A stretch of DNA of 64,000 bases from Candidatus Woesearchaeota archaeon (GCA_964410025.1 CAYPFA010000003.1:85259-149258); one strand, 5' to 3'. Shown: positions 19,021 through 28,840, counted from the stretch's first letter. Notes: generated from the sequence alone by a model not told the origin. A program made the numbers and translations.

Positions 19021-19575
19021 TTTTTTCTATTGAACGAAGTGAAATAGAATTGAACTTCATATTATGAAGCTACGAAGTAGCTTTTCAAATCCGAGCAAAG
19101 AGGCTTTCATAATATTTTTAGAAATTTTTTAACATTAGAAAGAGCTCTTCGCGAGCCGAGTGGGCTCATTTTAGCATATTGAGTAAAACGAAATATGCCT
19201 TAAACTTCCTCATATTATTAATCAGACTTGACCAATGCAACTTGTTGCACTAATTTGTTCTTTTGATTTTCTGCAGAGCTGACTTTCGGCCAGGGCGAAC
19301 AAAACGCCTTTGTCTTCAAAATTTGAATTGCATAATTGCAAATGCATTTTGCGAGTTGAACTTTTCTTCAAAAGAAAAGTAAGCCTAGTTCTTTCTGAGT
19401 GGGCTCATTTTAGCATATTGAGTAAAACGAAATATGCCATGAATTCTCTCATATTATGAAGTGAATCGCATTCACATTTCAAATCCGAGCAAAGAGGCTT
19501 TCATAATATTTTTAGAAATTTTTTAACATTAGAAAGAGCTCTTCGCGAGCCGAGTGGGCTCATTTTCTATTTCAA
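19010..19575 (+). repeat. array of four copies of the tRNA-Ile 3' end (gagtgggctca+tttt) separated by modular hairpin-containing units
   Basis: Copies lie at 19010-19020, 19158-19168, 19397-19407 and 19552-19562. Block 19084-19172 is near-identical to 19478-19566, and block 19158-19200 to 19397-19439. Confidence 0.85.
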
Positions 19576-19608
19576 AAAGTTTTTAAATCACATTGTCAAA
19601 AAAAATTA

Positions 19609-19821
19609 ATGACATTAGTAATTTCAGAACTTAGGGCAATTGCTGGAATAGAAGGATTAATTATAGATGGAGAGTTAGATAATTTACAAGATAGCGGAAA
19701 ATGTAATATTGCAAAATTGAATTTTTATTTAGATAATTTAAAAATTGGCGGAAAAATGAAGTCCTACGAATTTTATGTTGGAATATTTAATGATTTAATG
19801 CCGCAGATTTCCGTTTATTAA
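19609..19821 (+). CDS. hypothetical small protein
   Basis: 70-aa ORF with no motif. Confidence 0.3.
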   Translation: MTLVISELRAIAGIEGLIIDGELDNLQDSGKCNIAKLNFYLDNLKIGGKMKSYEFYVGIFNDLMPQISVY

Positions 19822-19864
19822 TCATCACCATTAATTTTATAAATACAATTTTTATTTTTTTAGT

Positions 19865-20170
19865 ATGAAACATGTAGTTAGCGGAAAATATGATTCAAGT
19901 ACGTCCGGAGTAGACTTGAGTGAAAGAGTGCTGACTAGGCTTTTTTATTCCAGAGAGGACAGGGAAGTGATGATACAAGCTGTTAAAAAAAGAGCAGAAT
20001 ATGCCGACGGGGATCCCGTAAGAATGTCGTCCGATGGATGGACAGAAATAAAAAGAGACGGCAAATGGAGCAGTGGATATTTTAATCATGATCTGAGAAC
20101 GGCGTTAGAAAAACGACAGCGTAATCAAATAGAGATTCTTCTAGACGAGATTGCACAGCATATACTTTAA
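19865..20170 (+). CDS. hypothetical protein
   Basis: 101-aa ORF with ATG start. Confidence 0.45.
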   Translation: MKHVVSGKYDSSTSGVDLSERVLTRLFYSREDREVMIQAVKKRAEYADGDPVRMSSDGWTEIKRDGKWSSGYFNHDLRTALEKRQRNQIEILLDEIAQHIL

Positions 20171-20215
20171 ACTACTAACCGAAGTCTTTAAAAACCCATT
20201 TTTGATAAATGATTT

Positions 20216-20791
20216 ATGGTAAAAGGACTAGCTTATTATTTGAGACAAGCATGGAGAAAGCCAGACACAGAAACTCTTAGAAAGAGAATGATTGAATGGA
20301 GAGCTTCTGAAGCTATTGTTAGAGTTGAAAATCCATTAAGATTAGACAGGGCACATTCACTTGGGTACAAGGCGAAAAAAGGCGTTTTCGTAGTTAGAGT
20401 TAGACTTATTAGAGGCGGACACGTAAGACCAAGACCGAATAAGGCAAGAAGATCAGCAAGACTTCACACAAGAATTAGTTTAAAGATGAATTATAGACAA
20501 ATTGCAGAAGCAAGAGCTGCTGTTAAATATCCTAATTGCGAAGTTTTAAATTCATACTGGATTGGAAAAGATGGAATGAATTATTTCTATGAAGTTATAC
20601 TTGTTGATAGAACTGCTCCAGAAATAAAAACAGACAAAGAATTAGGCTTCTTAGCAAAACCTGCAAATTACAAAAGAATTTTTAGAGGATTAACTTCCGC
20701 TGCATCAAAAGCAAGAGGACTTAGAAATTCAAACTTTAAGGTTCCAAAAGTTAGACCTAGCCTAAGAGCAAACAATAGACAAGGAAATTAA
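20216..20791 (+). CDS. rpl15e: 50S ribosomal protein L15e (eL15)
   Basis: YLRQAWRKPD..RKRMIEWR..RVRLIRGG is the characteristic eL15 sequence. 191 aa. Confidence 0.95.
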   Translation: MVKGLAYYLRQAWRKPDTETLRKRMIEWRASEAIVRVENPLRLDRAHSLGYKAKKGVFVVRVRLIRGGHVRPRPNKARRSARLHTRISLKMNYRQIAEARAAVKYPNCEVLNSYWIGKDGMNYFYEVILVDRTAPEIKTDKELGFLAKPANYKRIFRGLTSAASKARGLRNSNFKVPKVRPSLRANNRQGN

Positions 20792-20836
20792 TTCTACCAC
20801 ATAAATATTTTTAAACTATAATTTAGTGTATATTTC

Positions 20837-21346
20837 ATGGGAGAGCTCTATAAAGCATACCATCTGATGATGAACGATTTAGATAATTCTGGATTAATAG
20901 TTCCCTCCAAAATGGTAGATTATTTATGCGTCATTCCCATGTCAACTCTTGTAGGATACAGTCATTTTAATAATTCTAAAAAAGGTTCAATTTCAAATCC
21001 ATTTGATTTGGTTAATTTTATTAAAGCAAAAAGACTTATTGATACAGGGATTTATATGGGGAAAAAAATAGAGATTGCCAATAACCCAGGGTTTTATAAA
21101 ACATCTCAAGAGGGAGTATGTGTTAACGATAAAATAAAAGGACTAGACTCTCATGGAATGCCGAATGGAATTGAATTATTATCTATTGATTCAGAAATAA
21201 TTAATGAAATTTCTAGAATACCCGATGGTTTTAAAGTCGAACTTCAAAAAGAATATGATTATTCATTAAACGGACTTGTTGACATTTTGTCTGGCATAAA
21301 TATGACTTCAAAAACAAGATTCAGAAAATTTTGGAAAACATTATAA
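20837..21346 (+). CDS. hypothetical protein
   Basis: 169-aa ORF with no recognised domain. Confidence 0.5.
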   Translation: MGELYKAYHLMMNDLDNSGLIVPSKMVDYLCVIPMSTLVGYSHFNNSKKGSISNPFDLVNFIKAKRLIDTGIYMGKKIEIANNPGFYKTSQEGVCVNDKIKGLDSHGMPNGIELLSIDSEIINEISRIPDGFKVELQKEYDYSLNGLVDILSGINMTSKTRFRKFWKTL

Positions 21347-21394
21347 TAAAGACTTAAACCAAGTTTTTATAAACGGAGAAATCTTTATTTACTT

Positions 21395-22378
21395 ATGATA
21401 AAAGAGGCTGAAAAGGATTTAGGTAAATACCTTCTATTGGGAATTATTATAATTCTTGTCGTTTTGTCCTATAAAATTCTTGCCCAGTATATAGTCGTTT
21501 TGATTTCTTCATTTGTATTTACTTATCTACTTAGACCAGTCTATAAATTTTTTAATAAGCATTTTAACAAATATATTTCAGCCATTATCTGTATATTAAT
21601 TATACTTTTTATTTTTGTCCTTCCAATGACAATTGTTATAACCAATGTGGGAATGCAAGCCTATTCTTCTTTTGATACACAATCATTTAATGATGCGGTA
21701 GAAAAAATTTCATCCATGAAAATTTTCGAAAAGATAAATATAGACTTTCAAAAGGTTTTGTATGATGGCGGAATGTTTTTTGTTTCGCTTCTTGGTTCAG
21801 CAGCCTCATACATTCCATCAATTATTATTAGTTTTATAGTATTTTTGTTTGCAGCTTATTACTCATTTATTAATTGGGATAGTCTAGTAAAACTTGTTAG
21901 TCGTTTTATTCCATTTGATAAAAAAACATCAGTAATAAAAGAAATAAAAAATTCAACAGATGGAATTATTCACGGCTATCTTTTATTAGCTCTAATTGAA
22001 TTCGTAGTTTCTGCTGCAGGGTTTTATCTTTCGGGAGTTCAATATTATCTTCTTTTGTCATTTATTATCGCAATTTTAGTTTTTATTCCAGGACTAGGAG
22101 CGATAGCAGTAATTATTCCAATGTTAATTTATTATTTTGTTCTCGGCAATTGGTATTCTTTTATTGGAGTTTTAATTACGGGCATAATAGTTTCATTTTT
22201 TATAGAGATTATTCTTTCAGCAAAACTTTTAAGTGAAGATTCGGCGGTTCATCCGATGATTATGTTATTAGGAATACTTGGCGGAACTGCAGTTTTCGGA
22301 TTATTTGGTTTTATAATCGGCCCACTTGTTTTAGTTTACACGTTAAAAATCCTTAAAGATTTGCTCAGTAGAATTTAA
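21395..22378 (+). CDS. AI-2E family transporter (PerM/UPF0118 permease)
   Basis: 327 aa, ~8 TM helices. Layout and the GLFGFIIGPL C-terminal motif are typical of the family. Confidence 0.8.
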   Translation: MIKEAEKDLGKYLLLGIIIILVVLSYKILAQYIVVLISSFVFTYLLRPVYKFFNKHFNKYISAIICILIILFIFVLPMTIVITNVGMQAYSSFDTQSFNDAVEKISSMKIFEKINIDFQKVLYDGGMFFVSLLGSAASYIPSIIISFIVFLFAAYYSFINWDSLVKLVSRFIPFDKKTSVIKEIKNSTDGIIHGYLLLALIEFVVSAAGFYLSGVQYYLLLSFIIAILVFIPGLGAIAVIIPMLIYYFVLGNWYSFIGVLITGIIVSFFIEIILSAKLLSEDSAVHPMIMLLGILGGTAVFGLFGFIIGPLVLVYTLKILKDLLSRI

Positions 22379-22406
22379 TTCTTTAAATAATTAATTAATT
22401 ATTTAA

Positions 22407-23024
22407 TTATTTAACCTCTATTATTTTTCCCCTTCTTCCAACTTGAAACACCTTTGTCTTACCTATTTTTTGCTCAAGCCCTTCCGCTTCATGAATGTGT
22501 GAGGAAATTAGTATATCTGGATGAAAATATTTTATGGCTTTTCTTACTGCGCTGTCTCCAGGTATGCCTGAGAATTCCGCTATTCCACCTTCCGGGTGCA
22601 AATGTGAAACAAGTATCTTTGTAGAATTTTTATCTTTAATTTTATCAAATACTTTTACTAATTTATCAAGTGTTTTTTTCTCATCAAGTTGCAACCTAAA
22701 ATCAGGACTCCCAATTCCAACAATATCAACTCCATTGTAATTAACATGATATCCATCTATATTTTTTATCCCATACTCATCTCTTATCGAATTTGCTTCA
22801 ACAGTAGTATCCCAGTTTCCCGGTAAAAAAACTACCTTTTGTCCTCGTTTTTTAAAAGGATAAATCATTCCCTTCGTAGCCTGCCCACCATTAATATCTC
22901 CAGAAAGAATTACCAAATCAACCCCAGATTTTTCAGCCTTCTCTGCCAGCTTTTCCGCAACTCGAGAATCTCCATGCAAATCTCCTGCAGCGAGAATTTT
23001 TAGACCCCTTTTTTGTTTATCCAT
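22407..23024 (-). CDS. calcineurin-like metallophosphoesterase
   Basis: Motifs AAGDLHG, SGDING, GNWD, SHLHP and SHIHE. Confidence 0.85.
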   Translation of the reverse strand: MDKQKRGLKILAAGDLHGDSRVAEKLAEKAEKSGVDLVILSGDINGGQATKGMIYPFKKRGQKVVFLPGNWDTTVEANSIRDEYGIKNIDGYHVNYNGVDIVGIGSPDFRLQLDEKKTLDKLVKVFDKIKDKNSTKILVSHLHPEGGIAEFSGIPGDSAVRKAIKYFHPDILISSHIHEAEGLEQKIGKTKVFQVGRRGKIIEVK

Positions 23025-23100
23025 TTTAGTAATATGTTAGAGAGTTATATAAAACTTCCCATAAACAAATCTTTTTAAACAATATTTAGCTGGGGTTTGT

Positions 23101-25494
23101 ATGGCAGAACCTAAAATTACAGCGATTAAAAATTGGAGTCCGGATGTTGAAAAAACAATAACTCCAGTCTGGCAGAAGGCTGAAAGATATAATTTTAATC
23201 CTAAAACAAAGAAAAAAATTTATTCAGTTGATACTCCGCCGCCATACGTTAATTCACCAATTCACATGGGACATGCAATAACTTATTGTTTCATGGATTT
23301 TTTTGCTCGTTACAGAAGAATGAAGGGCTTTGAAGTTTTATTCCCGCTTGGGTTGGATAATAATGGTTTGCCAATTGAAATGGGCGCTGAAAAAAAATAT
23401 AACGTTTCGCCCTTTATTGTCGGAAGAGAAAAATTCGTCGAATATTGCAGACAACTTTTAAATGAAGCTGGAACAGAATCTATTGATAGTTTTGCGAAGT
23501 TAGGAATTTCTTTTAGTTCATACAAAAGGGGAAATGAAATCGGAAGCATTTACGAAACAGATTCTCCGGAATATCGAGCATTAACGCAATCTACTTTTAT
23601 TGATTTATATAAGAAGGGATTAATTTATGAGGACAACAGAATTAACAATTGGGATCCAAAACTCAGGACAACAATTGCTGACTCTGAAATTGATTACAAA
23701 GATATTCCGTCTACTTTTAATGATATAAAGTGGACAGTTAAAGAAACTGGAGAGGAAATCGTAATTGGCACAACTAGACCCGAATTAATTTGTTCATGCG
23801 GAATGGTTATTTTTAATCCAGAAGATAACAGATATAAAAAATTAGCAGGCAAAACTGCAGTTGCTCCTCTGTTCAATATTGAAGTTCCTATAAAAGCTCA
23901 TCCTGTCGCCCAAATTGACAAAGGCACAGGTTTAGTTATGATGTGTTCTGCAGGAGATTTAACGGATATTCAATTTTTCAGAGAACAAAAAATCAAACCA
24001 ATTATTTCTATCAATCAAGATGGAACAATGAATGAAAACGCAAAAGAATTTGTAGGGTTAAAAGTCAAAGATGCAAGACAAAAAATTATTGATGTATTAA
24101 AAGAAAAAGGTTTACTCGTAAAACAATCTCAAATTACTCATAGAACTCCTGTTTCAGAAAGGGGTGGGGCTGAAATTGAATTTATACAAATGCCTGAATT
24201 TTATTTGAAGCAACTAGATTTTAAAGATGAAATGAGAAAACTTGCAAAGCAAATTAATTTTTATCCAAAAACATCTAAGAAAATACTTGACGATTGGATT
24301 GATTCTGTTTCTATTGATTGGCCAATTTCCCGTAGAAGATATTATGCAACTCCCGTTCCCTTGTGGTTTAGTGAAGATAAAAAACTTGTCGCAATTCCAA
24401 AAGCAGGTAGCTATTGCCAGCCATGGAAAGAAGATGCTCCAAAAGATGCCGAAGTTTGGGAGAAGGGTAAATCAACTAGCAAAGAAGTTTCAGGTTTTAA
24501 GGATGTAAAATGGATAGGAGATGCAAGGGTTTTAGATACTTGGATGGATTCTTCTATTTCAGAATTATATATTTTAAAATACAAATCAAATGATGAATTT
24601 TTTAATAAAGCTTATCCCGCAACCTTGAGACCTCAGGGAAAAGAAATTGTTAGAACTTGGTTATATTATACAATTTTAAGAGGATATCTAGAAACTGGAA
24701 AAGTTTGCTTTAGGGATGCTTGGATACATCAACATATTTTGGATGAAAAGGGAAGAAAAATGTCAAAGTCACTTGGGAATGTTATTAATCCGCAGGATTT
24801 GTTAAAAGAATTTGGGGCAGAAGCTATGAGATTTTGGGCAGGAATTGAAGGAGATTTGTCTCGAGGAGATGTTCTTTGTTCTAAGGAAAAAATTAGAGCT
24901 GAATTAAAAACTTTAAACAAATTGCTCAATGTTTCAAAATTTATTTTACAATTTGAAAAACCAAAACTAAAACCACAAAAAATTAGCCAGATTGATCAAC
25001 TATTTATTGATTGCATTGAAGATTTAACAGAAAGAGCAGACAATGCCTTTGATGCCTATGAATTTCAAGATATAATGAAAGAACTTAGGACTTTTATGTG
25101 GGAAAACTTTGCATCACATTATTTAGAAATTGTAAAAAACAGAGCCTATAATCAAGATAAGAATTATTCTCAGGAAGAATCTGACTCCGCCAGATATTCA
25201 CTTTATTTTTTACTTGAAAGATTTTTACATTTAGTTTATCCAGTTATTCCTCAGATTAGCTCATTAATCGGAGATGATTTAGGATTAAATTTATTGGATG
25301 CAGAATTCCCAAAAGCAAAGATGGGAAAATCAGATTTGAGTTTAATTAAGCAAATAATGGATTTTAATAGTGATGTTTGGAAACAAAAGAAAGAAAAACA
25401 AATTTCATTAAATCAAGAAATTTCCGGCATTGAAGTTCCTAAAGAGCTGAAAGATTTTGAAAAAGAGCTAAAGATTTGTCATAAACTGAATTAA
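23101..25494 (+). CDS. valS: class Ia aminoacyl-tRNA synthetase, most likely valine--tRNA ligase
   Basis: The HIGH region reads PIHMGHA, and KMSKS is present. The editing-domain segment reads TTRPEL..KGTGLVMMCSAGDLTD. 797 aa is too short for IleRS or LeuRS. Confidence 0.7.
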   Translation: MAEPKITAIKNWSPDVEKTITPVWQKAERYNFNPKTKKKIYSVDTPPPYVNSPIHMGHAITYCFMDFFARYRRMKGFEVLFPLGLDNNGLPIEMGAEKKYNVSPFIVGREKFVEYCRQLLNEAGTESIDSFAKLGISFSSYKRGNEIGSIYETDSPEYRALTQSTFIDLYKKGLIYEDNRINNWDPKLRTTIADSEIDYKDIPSTFNDIKWTVKETGEEIVIGTTRPELICSCGMVIFNPEDNRYKKLAGKTAVAPLFNIEVPIKAHPVAQIDKGTGLVMMCSAGDLTDIQFFREQKIKPIISINQDGTMNENAKEFVGLKVKDARQKIIDVLKEKGLLVKQSQITHRTPVSERGGAEIEFIQMPEFYLKQLDFKDEMRKLAKQINFYPKTSKKILDDWIDSVSIDWPISRRRYYATPVPLWFSEDKKLVAIPKAGSYCQPWKEDAPKDAEVWEKGKSTSKEVSGFKDVKWIGDARVLDTWMDSSISELYILKYKSNDEFFNKAYPATLRPQGKEIVRTWLYYTILRGYLETGKVCFRDAWIHQHILDEKGRKMSKSLGNVINPQDLLKEFGAEAMRFWAGIEGDLSRGDVLCSKEKIRAELKTLNKLLNVSKFILQFEKPKLKPQKISQIDQLFIDCIEDLTERADNAFDAYEFQDIMKELRTFMWENFASHYLEIVKNRAYNQDKNYSQEESDSARYSLYFLLERFLHLVYPVIPQISSLIGDDLGLNLLDAEFPKAKMGKSDLSLIKQIMDFNSDVWKQKKEKQISLNQEISGIEVPKELKDFEKELKICHKLN

Positions 25495-25547
25495 ACTATA
25501 TCTTCCAGTCTCTAAATATTTAAAAAGAAGGATATTTTTATTAAAGA

Positions 25548-25904
25548 ATGAGCATTCCCGAAATACCAAACTGTCCGCCACAAGAAAAAATATTCTATAA
25601 AAATTCTAAACCATTAACAACGAGTCAATACTTCAAAGCAAGAGACGCTATGCTTGAGCATGGCCTACAACTTATTACCTTCGCAAAAGATAAGTATTGG
25701 GTAGTTCCGAAAGAAGCCGACTCCTCTTGCAGACTTCCAAACCCTGAAGATATTTACGCATTAATAGAACCAGATTACATTACGGTTGCTGATATGTGTC
25801 CCGAAGATCTAGACTTTGTGGGACAGGCCCGGAGAAAATCTTTGGCAGATGCACTTGTAGATATTTTAGAAGGCAAAAATAATCTTAAAGTTGAGTCTTT
25901 ATAA
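25548..25904 (+). CDS. hypothetical protein
   Basis: 118-aa ORF with ATG start. Confidence 0.5.
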   Translation: MSIPEIPNCPPQEKIFYKNSKPLTTSQYFKARDAMLEHGLQLITFAKDKYWVVPKEADSSCRLPNPEDIYALIEPDYITVADMCPEDLDFVGQARRKSLADALVDILEGKNNLKVESL

Positions 25905-26262
25905 TAAAATTAATTTTTCAGATTGGGTTTCTATAATTATCATTATATTATTTATTTATTATTTTATGTTAAGAAACTTTTTTTTAAAATTTAGAAAATT
26001 TAAATGTTTAAGGTGTGGTCAATGCTGTAGATTAAGGGTAAGTCTATCGAAAGAAGATATAGAGAGGTTAAAGAAGTCAGGGCATAAAGATTTTATTGAA
26101 AATAAAAATTCATTAAAAAGAATAAACGGTTATTGTAAATTTTTAGAAATAAAAAATGGAAAAGCACGTTGCTCCGTATATAAATCTAGACCAGAAGTTT
26201 GTAGATGGTGGCCAGTGGCTAAATTTTTATGCGACGGAAGATGTAAAAGTTATGGAATTTAA
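25891..26262 (+). CDS. YkgJ-family (UPF0153) cysteine-cluster protein
   Basis: CLRCGQCCR (CxxCxxCC) plus later Cys residues. The ORF starts at TTG 25891; alternative ATG at 25966. Confidence 0.65.
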   Translation: MSLYNKINFSDWVSIIIIILFIYYFMLRNFFLKFRKFKCLRCGQCCRLRVSLSKEDIERLKKSGHKDFIENKNSLKRINGYCKFLEIKNGKARCSVYKSRPEVCRWWPVAKFLCDGRCKSYGI

Positions 26263-26265
26263 TTC

Positions 26266-28182
26266 TTAAAACCAACCATTTCCAATTTTTCTCATTTCTT
26301 CGTTAATAAAATAAGTTGGCTTTTTACCAGAATAACTTATAAATAATTTTTCCTTTGCTCTTGAAATAGCGACGTAAAATAATCTTTTTTCCTCTTCTTC
26401 TTTATCATATTCTTGCATTCCCATTTTCACAATTTCAATTACCGGATGGTCAGATGCCTTACAGGGAAAATTCTGTTCATTGCAACCAATTATGAAAACA
26501 ATTTTTGCTTCCAGTCCTTTTATCGCATGGATTGTCGCAAGAGTAACATCACCATTATTGCTCTCAGTAGGTTTTTTCAGTTCATCTGTTTTTACAACAT
26601 GTGGAATATTGACAATTTTTAATTTTCTTGAAAGTTCCATAAGTTGTCTATTTGTTCTAGCTAAGACAAATATCTCTTCTCCAAAAATTCCATTTTTAAT
26701 ATAATTAGAAATTTCTCTCAAAACAAAATCGTGCTCAGATATTTCCGAATCAAAGTCTAAAAGTTTTATCTCAGCTTCGCCAAAGCCGCACGCCTCCAGA
26801 TCTGGCATTTTCATATCTTGTATTGAGTGATTCATAAAATTTACAATCTTATTAGCACTTCTATAATTCTTTGTAAGATTTACAATTTCACTTTCAGGAT
26901 ATTTTTCCTGAAACTTAAGAATATAATTCACATCGCTTCCTCTCCATCCAAAAATAGACTGTCTAGGATCGCCAACTGCAAATAATCTAATATTCGGACT
27001 TTTTGAAATTAAGATATCTAGCAACTCAATCTGCATAGCGTTAACATCCTGGTATTCATCAACTAAAATATTTTCAAATTCAGGAACAAAATTTTTAAAT
27101 TTTCCAAATAAATTAATTGTATCTATAATTTGATCTGTATAATCCCTTAATCCTTGCATTCTCATCTGAAGCTCTAAATTTTGGCAAATTTGTGAGATCA
27201 TTCTGGCGCTATCTTTATCTTTCTCATCATCAACATCATTCGAAAAATCATATAATTTTTCTTTTTTGGACTTAAAATATTCTATAACCGAAAAACAATC
27301 ATTCATGAAAATATTTGCGAGTTGTCCAGGTTCCTTATTTCTTTTTTGGCTTTCGGAAAAATACTTATTTACTGCAGTTTCTAAATCAGTTCCCATATTA
27401 GATAAGGCAAAGTTCATCGCAAAAATTTTATCTTGGTATGTCATTACTCTTTTTGGAGAATCATAAAACAAATGCCCATATTTTTGCAAAATCTTTTCAC
27501 TAAATGAATTAAATGTTTCAATTTGAACACCCTGAATTCCCAGCTTCTCTAACCTATGTTCCATCTCCTGACGAGCCTTTCGCGTAAAAGTTATCGCTAA
27601 AATTTTATTTGGATTTGCCGATTGGTATTTAACAAGAAACTCAATTCTTTTCACAAGTACAGTTGTTTTACCGCTACCAGCACCAGCGATACAAAGTATT
27701 TTTGATTTTTGAAGAATAATCGCTTTTTTCTGCTCGTCATTATATTTTGAAAGAAAAAAGTCAAGTTCTTTAAATAAAACTCTTTCGTCGTCGGTAATAT
27801 TTGTCTTACATTCCAAGTTATTTACCAATTTCTTTTTTTGCAAACTCGGGCTAATTAATTCTTCATTTCCTTTTTGTGTAATTCCCAAAACTTGCGCAAA
27901 TTTATTTCCAATCAAAGAGCTAGATTCAACCATCCCATTTACAATTAAATTATCTAACATAGCACGAACTTCTGATTCGGAATATTTTCTAAGCGCTCTA
28001 AAATTGTGCAATATGAAAAGTTCATTTTTCTTAATTGAAGGATTTTTCATATCTCCAAGTAGAAAATCAATGATTAATCCTTTTCCGACAGGAAATTGAA
28101 TTTCATTTAGCGCTCTTAAAATATAAAGATAATCCATGTCTTTACTTGGGCCCAATTCACCAATCACTTCCTTTTTTTCCAT
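26266..28182 (-). CDS. UvrD/Rep-type superfamily 1 helicase with N-terminal winged-helix (RQC-like) domain
   Basis: Walker A AGAGSGKTT, DEYQD motif (VDEYQDVN), and TIHAIKGLEA near the C-terminus. The N-terminal ~110 aa are wHTH-like. Confidence 0.85.
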   Translation of the reverse strand: MEKKEVIGELGPSKDMDYLYILRALNEIQFPVGKGLIIDFLLGDMKNPSIKKNELFILHNFRALRKYSESEVRAMLDNLIVNGMVESSSLIGNKFAQVLGITQKGNEELISPSLQKKKLVNNLECKTNITDDERVLFKELDFFLSKYNDEQKKAIILQKSKILCIAGAGSGKTTVLVKRIEFLVKYQSANPNKILAITFTRKARQEMEHRLEKLGIQGVQIETFNSFSEKILQKYGHLFYDSPKRVMTYQDKIFAMNFALSNMGTDLETAVNKYFSESQKRNKEPGQLANIFMNDCFSVIEYFKSKKEKLYDFSNDVDDEKDKDSARMISQICQNLELQMRMQGLRDYTDQIIDTINLFGKFKNFVPEFENILVDEYQDVNAMQIELLDILISKSPNIRLFAVGDPRQSIFGWRGSDVNYILKFQEKYPESEIVNLTKNYRSANKIVNFMNHSIQDMKMPDLEACGFGEAEIKLLDFDSEISEHDFVLREISNYIKNGIFGEEIFVLARTNRQLMELSRKLKIVNIPHVVKTDELKKPTESNNGDVTLATIHAIKGLEAKIVFIIGCNEQNFPCKASDHPVIEIVKMGMQEYDKEEEEKRLFYVAISRAKEKLFISYSGKKPTYFINEEMRKIGNGWF

Positions 28183-28258
28183 TTCTTAGAAAACTTTTGA
28201 ATGTTTTTAAGTATTGAGGTATCACAAGATTTAAATAATATGTAAATTATTAATCACT

Positions 28259-28840
28259 ATGAAATCTGCAATGGAATCCCTAAAAGGAAAATAGGGATTA
28301 GCTATCGGAGTATATCTTACCTACTGCATTATTACAATGGGAATATCTTTTTCTCTAAGCGCCGCAGGGTTTGAGTTTATTAATTTTATTATATCACTGA
28401 TAATTGGCGGGCCGTTCGCACTGGGGCTAGTATTTTTCTCATTGTCAATATTAAGAAATAAGAATCCTAAATTTGAACAATTATTTTCAGGATTTAATTA
28501 TTTTTCAAAAGCTTTTGTAGCTAATCTACTCGTAATGATATTCACTTTCCTATGGATGTTGCTTTTAATAATACCAGGCATCATCAAATCTTTGGCATAT
28601 TCTATGACATTTTACATAATTGCAGATAATAAAAATATTGAACCCAGTGAAGCCATTGACAAGAGTATAAATTTGATGGATGGTCACAAATGGGAATTGT
28701 TTGGTTTATGGTTGTGGTTTTGTTTACTAGGTATTTTATGTATCTTCACCATCGGAATTGGTTTTCTATGGCTTGCTCCGTATGTAGGGGTTAGACTTGC
28801 TAATTTTTATGAAAATATAAAATCTTCTAGAAGGGGCTAA
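28259..28840 (+). pseudogene. DUF975-family membrane protein interrupted by an in-frame TAG (28292-28294)
   Basis: ATG 28259 gives MKSAMESLKGK-TAG-GLAIGVYLTY.., in frame with ORF 28337-28840. By recollection, DUF975 homologues have LKGxWG here, so TAG replaces TGG. Confidence 0.55.

Noticed and set aside
19010-19575. CRISPR array
   Set aside because: The repeats are only ~15 nt, derive from the tRNA 3' end, and are irregularly spaced (148, 239 and 155 nt). The spacers are themselves homologous to each other. No cas genes are in the window.
28306-28320. 15-nt exact match cggagtatatcttac between the DUF975 gene and the element intergenic region at 48316-48330
   Set aside because: A single 15-mer match is within chance expectation for a 64-kb AT-rich window searched against itself. 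No flanking similarity.
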